Shown: positions 38,201-47,080 of the stretch, in pieces
Layout: each line of letters begins with the position of its first letter
Numbering within the stretch: position 1 is the first letter of the stretch
From: a virus
Taxonomy: Duplodnaviria; Caudoviricetes
DNA: 64,000 bases
Reading direction: 5' to 3' (one strand)
IMG/VR virus record: IMGVR_UViG_3300047094_001064
Coordinates: 1,140-65,139 of that record
The notes under the pieces: generated by a model
Seen by the model: the letters and a program-made list of their open reading frames with translations, nothing else
The model's database searches: none
What the model was told of the DNA's origin: nothing
Made by a program: the position numbers and the translations under genes

Positions 38201-38409
38201 ATTTAACTTGGAATGCTTTTAATATTGACGGTAGTGAAGATGATACTGTATCTCCTGCTGAAAATGATAGTTCATTTAAAGAATACAAATATAGTATTAC
38301 TGGATTAGGTGAATTTACAGCGTTTCAAATTAAAGTAGTATTAAAAGGAACTAATTCTTCTTATCCTCCTATTATTAGAGATTTAAGAGGTATAGCATTA
38401 GCGTTGTAA
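32293..38409 (+). CDS. VrlC-like / DUF4815-type large tail/baseplate protein
   Basis: N.SPYYDDF...KNF.RVLF.P..AVQARELTQ.Q.ILQ.Q, APGAHR, ARRTYDESG.Y, DNRRYTMRDIGRLE.RI, RFKNGFIVDNF, DPLAQTF, LFKSQNG.TW. Confidence 0.88.
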   Translation: MPSPTDFNLSPYYDDFNENKNFHRVLFRPSFAVQARELTQSQTILQNQIEKFSDHVFKKGAMVIPGQVAFDLNYYAIKLSAKSLSNINSYIGVILTGVTSGVQAEVVNAVASTGTDPDTLYVKYIKTGTNNTSFVFTNGEICNCTVSSAAQTVTVNTTATGSSASIAKGVYYINGYYVTILDQTIILDKYTDTPSYRIGVDIVESFITANEDGTLVDNAAGTSNFNAPGAHRFKISLTLSKRALNSVDDSNFIELLRLENGILQNQIRTTEYSVLEDTFARRTYDESGDYSVKDFDIDLREHLLSGTNRGIYASGNGGVETKLVAAIGPGKAYVKGYEIETIGTTFLDVDKARDFSTSNNFKTRFDLESYVNVSNVYNTPDITYNPGETETFKNVNLYDTSTTNNRLSYLSATGADVRGSLKSTSGVAVPQIGRAKSRGFELNNGIASSNLFATSSLTSNVYKHYLFDIEMFTHLNVSKAVAFTNGEKITGSTSGATGYVQTISSYKSAVISNMSIANPSIVTSTAHTFKEGMQVEISGGTWSINSVSVLTAAVYTVKNPTENTFELYASNGTSPVNVTSFSSGGTANHGVVVLANVLGIFTNGESITGSTSLVTSTIQNNVLGFHGVQNFDFSSVKQIGMTGGAGINYTADTETSAAFGDNYQLFGTFSIANNGTVVTGYGTLFLTELRLGDTIHFTADNGTIITKIVESVTSNTSLTFSTAVGASDVSTKTVGVRRRSKLNGSNKNISIFKLPYETIKTLKTSSNNNITDTNFYVRRNFIALLSANGDAQITAGTNETFTGLSERDFTVSIINLGAGPSGNIGDIFSLSGNNHEGDPIFTLTGTPTGKTLSLDFGANFAGHKIKIVATISRTVANEKTKTLVLNSSLSISTQTTIQSGLIGLSKADVYRINAVYMSANFSTNATSSDTDIKSRFDLDTGQRDNFYDIGRLKLKPGSLNPTGRLLIDFDYFSHGSGDYFSVDSYTSVIDYKDIPSYTSDTSGLTYQLRDCLDFRPRVDDASIVVGSGQLRQYNGLGASTVDPVQFNSDITTDLEYYLKRFDKIFLDKDGNFKVVKGASSLTPQLPKNLDNAMHLFTLALNSYTLSLKTSDIDIEKIDNRRYTMRDIGRLEKRISNVEYYTQLSLLETQAQSLQIQDAEGFDRFKNGFIVDNFTGHGIGDVGNFDYKVSMDMAGGFLRPMFNSESVKLIEATSSGNTTILTADRLASNYQKTGDLITLPYTEVNLIEQPYASKYLNVNPFNIFTWAGSVALDPPGDEWKETNRVPDLLVNERGAFDTMVEALGNPNLDSVEIDTVWNEWQDFWQGSSADRISSESTRWAGRALVRDRTIETSQQVSQTRTGIRTSLVPQVVRTALGDRVLNIAFIPFIRSRIINFTATRMKPNTKVYPYFDNISIASYITPTGGALGGDLITNVNGSVSGTFSIPDSTNNNNPRWRTGQRVFRLTSSITNSTTDVETSAEADYIAKGSLETVQNTIVSTREPRLVRIDVNDTRNITRTSTRETSDIIGWNDPLAQTFLIDNTGGVFITSLDLYLQSKDTNIPITVQIREVVNGYPSRTVIPFGEITLNPSSVNISEDASIATKFTFPSPVYLQEKTEYCFVVLSDCNNYNAFVARLGDTQIGSNRTISENPYAGVLFKSQNGSTWTAEQMEDIKFKINRAEFENVSGSVTLVNDTVPTRTLNLNPLRTTSGSGVITVTCRNHGMHSLTNNVTISGVPAGTYNGITHTQINGTYTSISNVTLDTFSITTAGTATSTGDVGGSSVVTTQNRLFDVACLNISTMTVPGTRLGYSLRTTSGSSIHGTETSFLLESSSQAINVTPSDNINFTSPRLVASSINETNEMSGSKSLFNILTLTTENTKISPVLDTSRMSMVAVQNRLNNPTVSNTPNFVSDFNSSGTSSAAVYVTRPILLENASTALDVRLTQNVRTSSSVKVFYRVTGADEVRNINDLTWNAFNIDGSEDDTVSPAENDSSFKEYKYSITGLGEFTAFQIKVVLKGTNSSYPPIIRDLRGIALAL

Positions 38410-38410
38410 T

Positions 38411-38629
38411 ATGAAATTAAAAGTAGAAGGTTTTGAAAATTTAGAAAGAGATGTTAAAACAAATGCTATTGTTAATACATCTAAAAATGAATACACAATT
38501 TATATGAAAAGAATGAAGATGAGAGAACAACAAAGCGATCAAATAAGAAGTGCTATAAAAGAAATAAATACTTTAAAACAAGAATTGTTTGAAATTAAAA
38601 ATTTATTAAAAGAGGTTATTAAAAAATAA
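38411..38629 (+). CDS. small coiled-coil protein
   Basis: KVEG..NL.RD..T.AI.N followed by a heptad-rich C-terminus; directly follows the VrlC-like gene. Confidence 0.75.
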   Translation: MKLKVEGFENLERDVKTNAIVNTSKNEYTIYMKRMKMREQQSDQIRSAIKEINTLKQELFEIKNLLKEVIKK

Positions 38630-39252
38630 TGCCTATAAGAACAGTTGCAACAACAGACACAGTTAACACGTTTAGAACAACGTTTAACTCTTTGGGTACA
38701 GACGTAGGAGATTTATCTGGTCTATCTACTTCAAATAAGACAAGTATTGTTGCTGCTATTAACGAAACTTATAATAACCCAAAAGATTTTATTCTTAGAG
38801 ATAGTGCTTTAAATCAAACAACAGTAAGTTCAAATGATGTTATTAACGTAACAGGCTCTACAGGAATTACTGCAGTTGTATCTACAGACACTTTAACTAT
38901 TTCAGCAGACTTAACTGATATATTAACAGGATTAACTTTTGCAACAGTTGATACTGATAAATTTTTAGTTGCTGATGGTAACACTTTAAAATATAGAACT
39001 GGTAATGAAATTAGAGCAGATATAGGTGCAATAGCAGGGGTTACTTTTAACGTTAGATCTTATACAGGAGATGGTACTCAAACATCTTTTGGTGTAACTG
39101 TAGGTCAATCTACAGCCACAATAATAGTAACGGAAAATGGAATAGTTCAAAGACCAACAACGGATTATAGCGTTGTAGGTAATAACTGTATATTTACTTC
39201 TGCTCCTGATACTGGAAATGCCATTCAAATAAGAGAATTAATACTAACATAA
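38629..39252 (+). CDS. short fibre/structural protein
   Basis: TDT..TFR..FN, GDL..L.T..K.SIV.AINE, C-terminal GDG..T.F ... NG.VQ.P..DY.V.G....F..AP module. Confidence 0.7.
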   Translation: MPIRTVATTDTVNTFRTTFNSLGTDVGDLSGLSTSNKTSIVAAINETYNNPKDFILRDSALNQTTVSSNDVINVTGSTGITAVVSTDTLTISADLTDILTGLTFATVDTDKFLVADGNTLKYRTGNEIRADIGAIAGVTFNVRSYTGDGTQTSFGVTVGQSTATIIVTENGIVQRPTTDYSVVGNNCIFTSAPDTGNAIQIRELILT

Positions 39253-39260
39253 ATAATATT

Positions 39261-39458
39261 ATGACACAACGAATTACAAATAAAAATATTACGGATACAA
39301 CAATATTGGCTGATGATTTGGCTTCAGACTCAGTTACTAATCCTAAAATTCAAAATTCAGCAGTAACAATTAATAAATTTAGTACTCAAGTTACTTTGAA
39401 TATTATAGCTTCAGACGGAACAACAGTTTTAAAAACTTTAGTAACACCTGGAGTATAA
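39261..39458 (+). CDS. small structural protein
   Basis: I.D..I...DLA..SVT..KI...AVT..K repeats typical of fibre shafts. Confidence 0.6.
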   Translation: MTQRITNKNITDTTILADDLASDSVTNPKIQNSAVTINKFSTQVTLNIIASDGTTVLKTLVTPGV

Positions 39459-39472
39459 CCTAGGTATATATA

Positions 39473-40762
39473 ATGGCTATTAGAACACCTTTATTTTATA
39501 ACACAATTACAGGAGATTTAACTAATTTATCTAGTGGTGAAATTAATCAAATTATAAATCATATTGCTTATAGATGGTCTATAAATCCTACAGTTACTCT
39601 TTCAGTTACAGCTAATAGTGGTTCAAATATAACAGCCATAAACGACACTCGTTGGAGCGCTGGAGCAACATCACAAACAAATACGGCATTTCCAACTGAA
39701 GCTACAACACAAGAACCTCAGTTAGTAACAGTATCATATCAAAAAATTTTACAAACAGTATCGTCACTATCTTTACCTGCAAGTACGCTTACAGATTGGC
39801 CTGCTTATTTAACAGCAGGTGGTAATATACAAGCAATGAGTTTACAAGATATGAAAGATACTTTTTTTCACCCTGCAATAGATGTAATAACTTCTGCTTC
39901 AACTGCATCTACATTAACAGGAAATACGTATTCAATTTCCACTTCAACTGTTTTAGCTAATCATACTGCTGTTATTCAGCCAGTTGTTGGTATAACAAGA
40001 AATTATAGCGTAACGAATGCTGGTAGTGGTGCATATACTTTTTCAGGAGATATATCAGGATCAAATCCTACTGTAAACGCTACTGTAGGAGATACATTAG
40101 TATTTGTTCTAAACGCATCAGGTCACCCTTTTTGGATAAAAGCTGAAGCATCAACAGGATCTGCAAATGGTTTAACAACAGGAACAACAAATAATGGTTC
40201 TGCTGTAGGAACTATTACTTGGAATACTACAGGTTATGCGCCAGGAACATATTATTATAATTGTGAATTACACGGGTCAATGAGAGGTCAAATAGTATTA
40301 GTAGATCCTCCAGCAACTGCAGTATTTACAGATACTAGAGCTGATTTAACTTTATTTACTGCTGGTGGTATACCAGAAGCACAAGATCAACCAATTACAA
40401 TTAACAATTATTATTTACATAAAAGAAACACAGGAAGTGATCCTGATTATACCGTAGTACCTGTTTTTATAACTCCAACAGGTAATATACAGGTGTATGA
40501 TAAAACAACTTTTTCAAACAATTTAACTACTTGGCTTAGATATTTAACTGTAAACTCTCCTGATAATTATAGAATAAGATATAATATAAATGGAACAGGA
40601 AATCAAAGAGGAACAAGTATGTTAAATTCAATTGTAGGAGTAACAAACACAGGTAATTATCAAACAGTACAAATTGGTGATGATTATAGAGCTCAAGAAT
40701 TTCCTGCCGATGTTGCTGTTGAAATTGCAAATGTGTATAATTTAACGATAGATAAAACATAA
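39473..40762 (+). CDS. structural protein with an inserted cupredoxin-like domain
   Basis: Thr-rich scaffold with GDTLVF...ASGHPFWI...GTYYYNCELHGSMRGQI at about 39992-40305. Confidence 0.7.
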   Translation: MAIRTPLFYNTITGDLTNLSSGEINQIINHIAYRWSINPTVTLSVTANSGSNITAINDTRWSAGATSQTNTAFPTEATTQEPQLVTVSYQKILQTVSSLSLPASTLTDWPAYLTAGGNIQAMSLQDMKDTFFHPAIDVITSASTASTLTGNTYSISTSTVLANHTAVIQPVVGITRNYSVTNAGSGAYTFSGDISGSNPTVNATVGDTLVFVLNASGHPFWIKAEASTGSANGLTTGTTNNGSAVGTITWNTTGYAPGTYYYNCELHGSMRGQIVLVDPPATAVFTDTRADLTLFTAGGIPEAQDQPITINNYYLHKRNTGSDPDYTVVPVFITPTGNIQVYDKTTFSNNLTTWLRYLTVNSPDNYRIRYNINGTGNQRGTSMLNSIVGVTNTGNYQTVQIGDDYRAQEFPADVAVEIANVYNLTIDKT

Positions 40763-40783
40763 TAATATAATGAAGGAGTTGAT

Positions 40784-41248
40784 ATGGCTGTTTTTAGTAA
40801 TAAAATAAAAGAGGTTTGTTTTTACGATAAAAATAAAACTACGATTGAAGTTTTATATAATGAAAATAATAGTACGGTAAATTATTTTGTACCAGTAGAT
40901 TTTCAAAATTCAGATTTTAAAGACTTATTAACTGAAGTAGATTTGGAACAGATAGAAAAGAATACTAAAAATAAACAAAAAGTATATCGTCAACAATTGA
41001 CTAACTATATAACTAACGTAACTGATAGTTTAAAATATCAATCAGAAAATAGTGATGAAAAATTTTTAGATAGATTTGATAAATTTTTATTTAATTATGA
41101 TGACAAAGATGATGAACTTCTATTTAAACTAAAATTAAAAATGTTTGAATCAGCTAAACTTAAAAATTGTAATGATACTGATAAAAAATCAAAGATAAGA
41201 ACAGCAACAAATCCCTTACAATTAGTAAAAGAATTTGAAAACATATAA
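40784..41248 (+). CDS. hypothetical protein
   Basis: 154-aa ORF with AAGGAG RBS; first gene of the Lys/Asn-rich enzyme island. Confidence 0.7.
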   Translation: MAVFSNKIKEVCFYDKNKTTIEVLYNENNSTVNYFVPVDFQNSDFKDLLTEVDLEQIEKNTKNKQKVYRQQLTNYITNVTDSLKYQSENSDEKFLDRFDKFLFNYDDKDDELLFKLKLKMFESAKLKNCNDTDKKSKIRTATNPLQLVKEFENI

Positions 41249-41256
41249 AAATTACA

Positions 41257-41841
41257 ATGAACAAAATAACTGTTTATTGTCTTAAATGGGGAGTTAAGTA
41301 CAATAGAAAATTTGTAGAAGATTTAAAATCGTCATTAGAAAAATATTTAACTATTGATTATGATTTTAAATGTTATACAGATAAACCCGAAACTGATTAT
41401 GATATACCTGTTAAATATAATTATTTAGAAGGTGTGTGGCATAAAATTGCTTTATTAGAATTTACTGGACCTTCTTTATATTTTGATTTAGATGTTAAAA
41501 TTAGCGATAACATAAATTTTTTAGCAAGTGATTTTAAAGACTTTACAGTTATTGATTCTCAGCCTTGGAAAAAAACATCAAGTAAAACTTCTTTTGATTT
41601 TAAATTTAAATTATTTAATAACACCTTTATAAACACTTCTATAATGCGTTGGTCAAATAGTACAGATATATGTAATTATTTTTTATCAAACAAAGATAAG
41701 TTTATAAAAGATTATAAAGCAACAGATAGATTCATATACAACGAGAAATTGCCATATAAATATTTTATAACAGACAAAATTTCTAGTTGGAAAGAGAACA
41801 AAGAAAATACAATAGTCTTATATAATGGATTTTACAAATGA
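41257..41841 (+). CDS. GT-A fold glycosyltransferase-like protein
   Basis: CLKWG.KY, F.CYTD, WHKI.L, LYFDLD (DxD), NTSIM.W. Confidence 0.75.
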   Translation: MNKITVYCLKWGVKYNRKFVEDLKSSLEKYLTIDYDFKCYTDKPETDYDIPVKYNYLEGVWHKIALLEFTGPSLYFDLDVKISDNINFLASDFKDFTVIDSQPWKKTSSKTSFDFKFKLFNNTFINTSIMRWSNSTDICNYFLSNKDKFIKDYKATDRFIYNEKLPYKYFITDKISSWKENKENTIVLYNGFYK

Positions 41842-42518
41842 AAGATTACTATAAAATAGCAAGAGATATTATAGAAAATCATAAACTATACTATCTTAAA
41901 TTAAATATTACTTTACCTAAAGAATCTTTAGAAGAAGTATTGGCTGTTTACAATCAAAAATTTTTTGTAAAACATAGAGGTTGGAATCATAAAGGTTGGT
42001 TATCCGCTGCACTACATTCTGTCAATGGAGATTTTTGGAAAACAATGAGTGGTAAACAATATGGTTATGAAAACGATTCTGATGAATCTATAAAATGGAA
42101 TTGGACTGATGTTTGCGATTATGCTCCAAAAACAACTGAATTTTTTAAAAAAGAATTTCCCGCAAATGGTTATAGAAGATTAAGATATATGTTATTAGAA
42201 CCATCTGGTTTTATAGAAGAACATTGTGATGCGCCTAGTAAAGTACCTTACAATCCTAGAAAAGTAGATTCTATTTTTAGTGCATTGAATATGTGTATTA
42301 CTCAACCCGACAATTGTGAATTAACTCATTTAGATAATGGTCCTGTTCCGTTTAAACCATTTGAAATATATCTTTTTAATAATGATGAAATGCATTACGC
42401 ATTTAATAAATCAGATAAAAATAGATTTCATATTATAGCTCACGCTAATTATAATGATGATTTTTGTAAGTTATTTGTAGAAAGTTTTGAAAAAAATTAT
42501 GAACCTATTTACAAGTGA
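41838..42518 (+). CDS. Asp/Asn beta-hydroxylase-like 2OG-Fe(II) dioxygenase
   Basis: RLRYMLLEPSG.I.EHCD (HxD), H.AFN.S...RFHII. Confidence 0.8.
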   Translation: MKDYYKIARDIIENHKLYYLKLNITLPKESLEEVLAVYNQKFFVKHRGWNHKGWLSAALHSVNGDFWKTMSGKQYGYENDSDESIKWNWTDVCDYAPKTTEFFKKEFPANGYRRLRYMLLEPSGFIEEHCDAPSKVPYNPRKVDSIFSALNMCITQPDNCELTHLDNGPVPFKPFEIYLFNNDEMHYAFNKSDKNRFHIIAHANYNDDFCKLFVESFEKNYEPIYK

Positions 42519-43953
42519 AAATCAATCCTTAAAAGGTAATCCAAAAATAAAACCCAATACTATTGCTATTGCTGTTATTGATGATAGAGAAATAATAAAA
42601 CACGACTTAGTAAGATACCTTGTAGAGACTTACACTGAAAATACTTTATTTAATTTACAAAAACGTAGATGCGATATATTAGGATTTTTTAAAGAAACAG
42701 AAATAGATGATATAATAGAAACTTCATATAAACAAAACTATGAATTATTAGTTATTATAAAAACGGGAACTTTTATTAACAGTAGTTTCTTTTTTGAAAA
42801 TTTAAAAGAAATGATTAATAATAACATAGCTTTAATGGGACACGTTTTAGATTATAAAGAGTCTTATTATTTTTTACACGAACAATGTTTTTTTATAAAC
42901 TTAAAGTCTTGGAAACTGTCAGGATCTCCTCAGTATTTTTCAACAGAAAACAATCTTATTAATGTAGATAGATCAATTGATAATTTCCACGATAACTATA
43001 CACCAAAATGGATTAAAGTAGGAAAAGATAAAAAGAAATATGATAAGACATTACCCGGAGGTTATTTGATATCTTCTCTATTAGAAAGTGGTTATAATGT
43101 AAGTCCATTTAAACACGAAAGAGATTTAAAATTCTTTACATATCATAGTGATACTATGAAGTCTTTAATGAAGTTTATTAATTTAAGTAATACAAAATAT
43201 ACAGTTGGTTTTTTTTCAACTGAAACTGAAACTATTAAGAATATTGATCTAAGGGATAAAAATATAGATACAGTATTAAGTATTGCTTCTGCCTTTCACC
43301 CATTTAAATTAGTTAAGAAAACAAATATAGAAAGTACATTAAAAAATTTAATTATATATGATTATAGTCCTGTGGCTATAGATGTATATAAAAATATGTT
43401 ACACGTTTGGGATGGCAAGAACTATTTAAGTTTATTAAAAAACACAAAAACTTTTGAATTTAAAGCAGGTCATAATGAAGTACTATCTGAAAAAAGTTTT
43501 ATAGAAATGATAGAATTATGTAATGGTAATTCAGATTGGATTGAATATTTTAATCATATTTGTAAATTAAATAAAGATTTTTTAACTGGTAACTTAATAT
43601 CGGAAACTTTTCATAAAAAAATTACTAATAAATTAGAAAAAGATAATATCTGTCTATTTAATGTAAGTAACATATTTACATATGAAACCGAAACGTTTTG
43701 GATAGATATATTTCAACGATATTTTTCTTTTTTCAATTTATATATGTTAATGAAACACAACACTAAGACGACTTACTTTTTAGGTTCATTATTTAATTTT
43801 GACAGTTTAATATCTACGAATGATTTTACACTTGAAGATTTTATTATAAAATCTAAAGAATTAGCAATAACTCCTTGGCAAAAAGAAAGATTAAAAGACT
43901 TTGAAAGTTCTTTAATTAAAAGATATGAAGATATTAGCAATAAGAATAGGTAA
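42499..43953 (+). CDS. hypothetical two-domain enzyme-like protein
   Basis: GHVLD...YY.LHEQCFFINL..W, RS.DNFHD.YTP.W, then IIYDYS...D; the ATG at 42499 is preferred over the TTG start. Confidence 0.6.
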   Translation: MNLFTSENQSLKGNPKIKPNTIAIAVIDDREIIKHDLVRYLVETYTENTLFNLQKRRCDILGFFKETEIDDIIETSYKQNYELLVIIKTGTFINSSFFFENLKEMINNNIALMGHVLDYKESYYFLHEQCFFINLKSWKLSGSPQYFSTENNLINVDRSIDNFHDNYTPKWIKVGKDKKKYDKTLPGGYLISSLLESGYNVSPFKHERDLKFFTYHSDTMKSLMKFINLSNTKYTVGFFSTETETIKNIDLRDKNIDTVLSIASAFHPFKLVKKTNIESTLKNLIIYDYSPVAIDVYKNMLHVWDGKNYLSLLKNTKTFEFKAGHNEVLSEKSFIEMIELCNGNSDWIEYFNHICKLNKDFLTGNLISETFHKKITNKLEKDNICLFNVSNIFTYETETFWIDIFQRYFSFFNLYMLMKHNTKTTYFLGSLFNFDSLISTNDFTLEDFIIKSKELAITPWQKERLKDFESSLIKRYEDISNKNR

Positions 43954-44629
43954 TAAGTACGGACCCGAGTACGAAACCTATTTAGAAAAAAAATTACCAG
44001 AATACGAATTTATATGGTTAAGAGAAGCATATGATAGTAGAGTACTATTACAGTGGAATAAAATGTATGGTATGGCTTTAGATATTGATGAACCTATCTG
44101 TGTTATAGATATTGATATATTATTAATTAATGAATATAAAAAACTATTTGAGTATCCTATTAATCGTGGAGAATTTTTAGCAATCCCTGGTTGGTGGAGA
44201 GATACTAAAAAAGAAGGATATAAAATTAATGGTGGATTTTTTAAATACTATCCGAAAGATTGTAAATATATCTATGATAAGTTTATGTCAAATATTGATT
44301 ACTGGCAAAATTATTATATTAAAAAGGGTGTTACCACTGGTCCTGTAAACGGCGAACAATATTTTGTTGAAGATAGTGTTAAAGAAAAATTAACTTTAAA
44401 AACTATACCAAATTCTTGGGTTACACGTTGGGTATCGAATGATATTATTGTAAGTTCTGAAGATAATAAACAATGGCAAACAAAGTTAACAACAAAATAT
44501 AAAACATTAACAGGCAATCAATACATATACTTAGGTGGCGAATTTCACAATGATATAAAATTGGTTCATTTTACTCACGCCATAAATAAACCTACTGAAT
44601 GGAAAGAATACACAAAATTTAATGACTGA
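43925..44629 (+). CDS. GT-A fold glycosyltransferase-like protein
   Basis: IRIG.KYG.EY, WNK, VIDIDI (DxD), NGGFF, GEQ.F, VHF. Confidence 0.75.
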   Translation: MKILAIRIGNKYGPEYETYLEKKLPEYEFIWLREAYDSRVLLQWNKMYGMALDIDEPICVIDIDILLINEYKKLFEYPINRGEFLAIPGWWRDTKKEGYKINGGFFKYYPKDCKYIYDKFMSNIDYWQNYYIKKGVTTGPVNGEQYFVEDSVKEKLTLKTIPNSWVTRWVSNDIIVSSEDNKQWQTKLTTKYKTLTGNQYIYLGGEFHNDIKLVHFTHAINKPTEWKEYTKFND

Positions 44630-45938
44630 TAAAAAACAATTTAGCTCATTTGAAAATATAGAAAAAGATTTTGTTGATGAAACAGGTATTGAATGGTTTT
44701 GTCCCGAACCCTATGGTAATATTTACACTGAAACAACTGGTGAATATAAAGCGTGCTGTTCTGGTGCAGATTTTTATGATGTTAAAACTGATACACATAC
44801 TCCTATTGAGGCAATGAATTGTAGTAAGGCAAAAGAATTAAGAAAAGCTTTTGTTACCAAAGATAAAAAAATATTAAACGAACATTGTCAAATGTGTATT
44901 GTACAAGAGAAAAGTGGTATAAAAAGTTCTAGGCAATATTCAATGGAACACTATGTTGATAATAAAACTGGTTTTGATAGTGCAGTAAAAATAGCTAAAC
45001 AAGTAAAAGAAGATCCTAAAATAGATATTAAGCCAGAGTTTTTTCATACAATGGAGCACTTGGCTGGAGGAGGTAATTTTTGCAACTTAAAATGTTTAAT
45101 GTGTCACCCTTATAAAAGTTCTTCTTTTGCAAGTGAGGCTTTAGAATTGGGAGAAGATATTAGCGTATTTAATGTAACTAAACCTTTAATAAAACCTCCA
45201 ACTAATAAAAAAGTTAATGATGAAATACAAGGTTATATATTAGAAAGGTTAGATGAAATAAAATTTACTGGTGGTGAACCATTAATGATACCTTACAATT
45301 ATGAATTGTTACAAAAAGCTGTAGATTTAAAAACATCTTACAAACAAAATTTAAGAATTATTACTAATGGTACAAATATTCCTAAAATGAAAGGTAAAGA
45401 TATTTTTGATTATATACCTCATTTTAAATATGTTACTTTTAATATTTCAATAGAAGCTTGGGGAGTAAGAAATAATTATATAAGATATCCTAGTGACTTT
45501 AATGAAATTTTAGATAACGCAAATAAACTAGCAAATACTTTTTCTAACGTTAGTGTTTCTTTTGTATCTACGATCAATTCTCTAAACATAGGTTATGTAG
45601 ATGATTTTTTTAGATATCCACCGTTAGTTAATAAAAAATTTAGACAACCTGTTATGTCCTCTTACGTATTGAAATGGGAAGATTTTAAAACTGACTCATA
45701 TCACGGTATGAATATATCTTCTTTACCTTATGATATTAGAGAAAAATATTTAAATAGATACTATACATTAGAATCTGATGTTGCTATAAAAATGAGACCA
45801 TATATAAAAATATTAGAAAATAGAGATCATAATATGGACGATACTAAAATCTTAATTAGTAGATTGAAAAAACGAGACAAGTTAAGAAATACAAATTTTT
45901 TAGAAATGTGGCCAGAGTGGGAAAAGTACTATGTATGA
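44622..45938 (+). CDS. radical SAM protein with N-terminal twitch/SPASM-like Cys cluster
   Basis: CNLKCLMC (45081-45104), FTGGEPL, ITNGT, NYIRYP; N-terminal C..P ... CC ... C..C. Confidence 0.92.
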   Translation: MTDKKQFSSFENIEKDFVDETGIEWFCPEPYGNIYTETTGEYKACCSGADFYDVKTDTHTPIEAMNCSKAKELRKAFVTKDKKILNEHCQMCIVQEKSGIKSSRQYSMEHYVDNKTGFDSAVKIAKQVKEDPKIDIKPEFFHTMEHLAGGGNFCNLKCLMCHPYKSSSFASEALELGEDISVFNVTKPLIKPPTNKKVNDEIQGYILERLDEIKFTGGEPLMIPYNYELLQKAVDLKTSYKQNLRIITNGTNIPKMKGKDIFDYIPHFKYVTFNISIEAWGVRNNYIRYPSDFNEILDNANKLANTFSNVSVSFVSTINSLNIGYVDDFFRYPPLVNKKFRQPVMSSYVLKWEDFKTDSYHGMNISSLPYDIREKYLNRYYTLESDVAIKMRPYIKILENRDHNMDDTKILISRLKKRDKLRNTNFLEMWPEWEKYYV

Positions 45939-46506
45939 AATTAAAGAATTTAACGAACATTTAAATTTAAATTTTTTTTATAACAAATGTAACGAAAAAA
46001 AATTTTATAATAACAGTTCTAAAGAGAAGTTATATGATTCATTAAAAAATGAAAAAGAATTTAAATTGTGGATATTGTATTACAATAACAACCCTGTTGG
46101 TAGTACTGCTGTTCATAGTTTTGATGATGTAATGGGTACAAGTAGTTATAGAATATGTGCAAGAACGTGTGTACTTAGTGAAGAAACACATTTACATAAT
46201 ATAAGAACTTTAAACAAAACTATTTTACAACATCAAAATATAACCTCTCAATTTTTTATACCTATATGTTTAGAGTGGGTTAATAAAAAAGGTAATGTAT
46301 ATATTACTACAAGTAACAAAGATGTAGCTAGTATGAAAGGTGTACATAATGTATATGCCCCTGCATTATCTAAAAAAGGTATATTAAAGAACATAAAAGA
46401 CGTTCTTTATAAAGGAACAAAACAAACTGTATGGCAACTATTTCCTGATATTTTCTTAAATAGTTTAAATAAGTATCATAAATGGGATTATAAATATATA
46501 AATTAA
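45931..46506 (+). CDS. GNAT-like acyltransferase (tentative)
   Basis: WILYY...PVG..AVH.F......YRI.AR.C beta-strand pattern; size fits a GNAT fold. Confidence 0.45.
   Translation: MYEIKEFNEHLNLNFFYNKCNEKKFYNNSSKEKLYDSLKNEKEFKLWILYYNNNPVGSTAVHSFDDVMGTSSYRICARTCVLSEETHLHNIRTLNKTILQHQNITSQFFIPICLEWVNKKGNVYITTSNKDVASMKGVHNVYAPALSKKGILKNIKDVLYKGTKQTVWQLFPDIFLNSLNKYHKWDYKYIN
46489..46496 (+). promoter_or_regulatory. T4-type late promoter
   Basis: TATAAATA upstream of 46517, which has an AAGGAG RBS. Confidence 0.65.
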
Positions 46507-46516
46507 GGAGTGAATT

Positions 46517-46705
46517 ATGACAATTAAAATTAATGGTAAAGATTATGATGAAACTAAATTTAGTGATAAATTAAAAAATTACATCATAGCAAGACAAGAG
46601 ATACAAAACAATAAAACAAGATTAATTGTAGAACTTGAAAAAATAGACGTATTGACTGAATATTATAATAATAAGATAACAGAAGAATTAAAAATAGAAA
46701 GTTAA
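46517..46705 (+). CDS. small coiled-coil protein
   Basis: I.INGK.YD followed by a helical segment; strong RBS. Confidence 0.7.
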   Translation: MTIKINGKDYDETKFSDKLKNYIIARQEIQNNKTRLIVELEKIDVLTEYYNNKITEELKIES

Positions 46706-46711
46706 TATTAA

Positions 46712-47053
46712 ATGGCAGCTGTAGCAAACCTATCAATAGATCAAGGAGCAACATTTTCTTCAGATGTTACGATTAAAGGATTTGATGGAAATGTTTTTAA
46801 CTTGACAGGTTACACAGCTAGAGCAAAGTTAGCCAAAGGTTATTCATCTACAAGAACAAGAACAAATATTACTTGTACTATTGCCAATGACGCCACTTCT
46901 GGCGTAATTACATTGTCTCTTACAGATGCTCAAACTGCTGCTTTAGACGCAGAAAGATATGTTTACGACTTGGAAATAGTCTCAGGTAACGGTGTAGTTA
47001 CAAGAGCTTTAGAAGGTATAATAACTGTTAGACCAGAAGTTACTACCGCTTAA
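46712..47053 (+). CDS. Ig-like structural adaptor (BppU-like)
   Basis: NL.IDQGATF, NLTGY.A.A, G.I.LSLT..QT..L...RYVYDLEI, R.LEG...V.P.VT. Confidence 0.7.
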   Translation: MAAVANLSIDQGATFSSDVTIKGFDGNVFNLTGYTARAKLAKGYSSTRTRTNITCTIANDATSGVITLSLTDAQTAALDAERYVYDLEIVSGNGVVTRALEGIITVRPEVTTA

Positions 47054-47080
47054 TTATTGTATATTATAAGTTAAAATTAA

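Noticed and set aside
44622-46705. RiPP cluster (radical SAM + GNAT + 62-aa precursor)
   Set aside because: The 62-aa ORF looks like an ordinary coiled-coil phage protein with its own late promoter; no leader/core pattern, protease or exporter.
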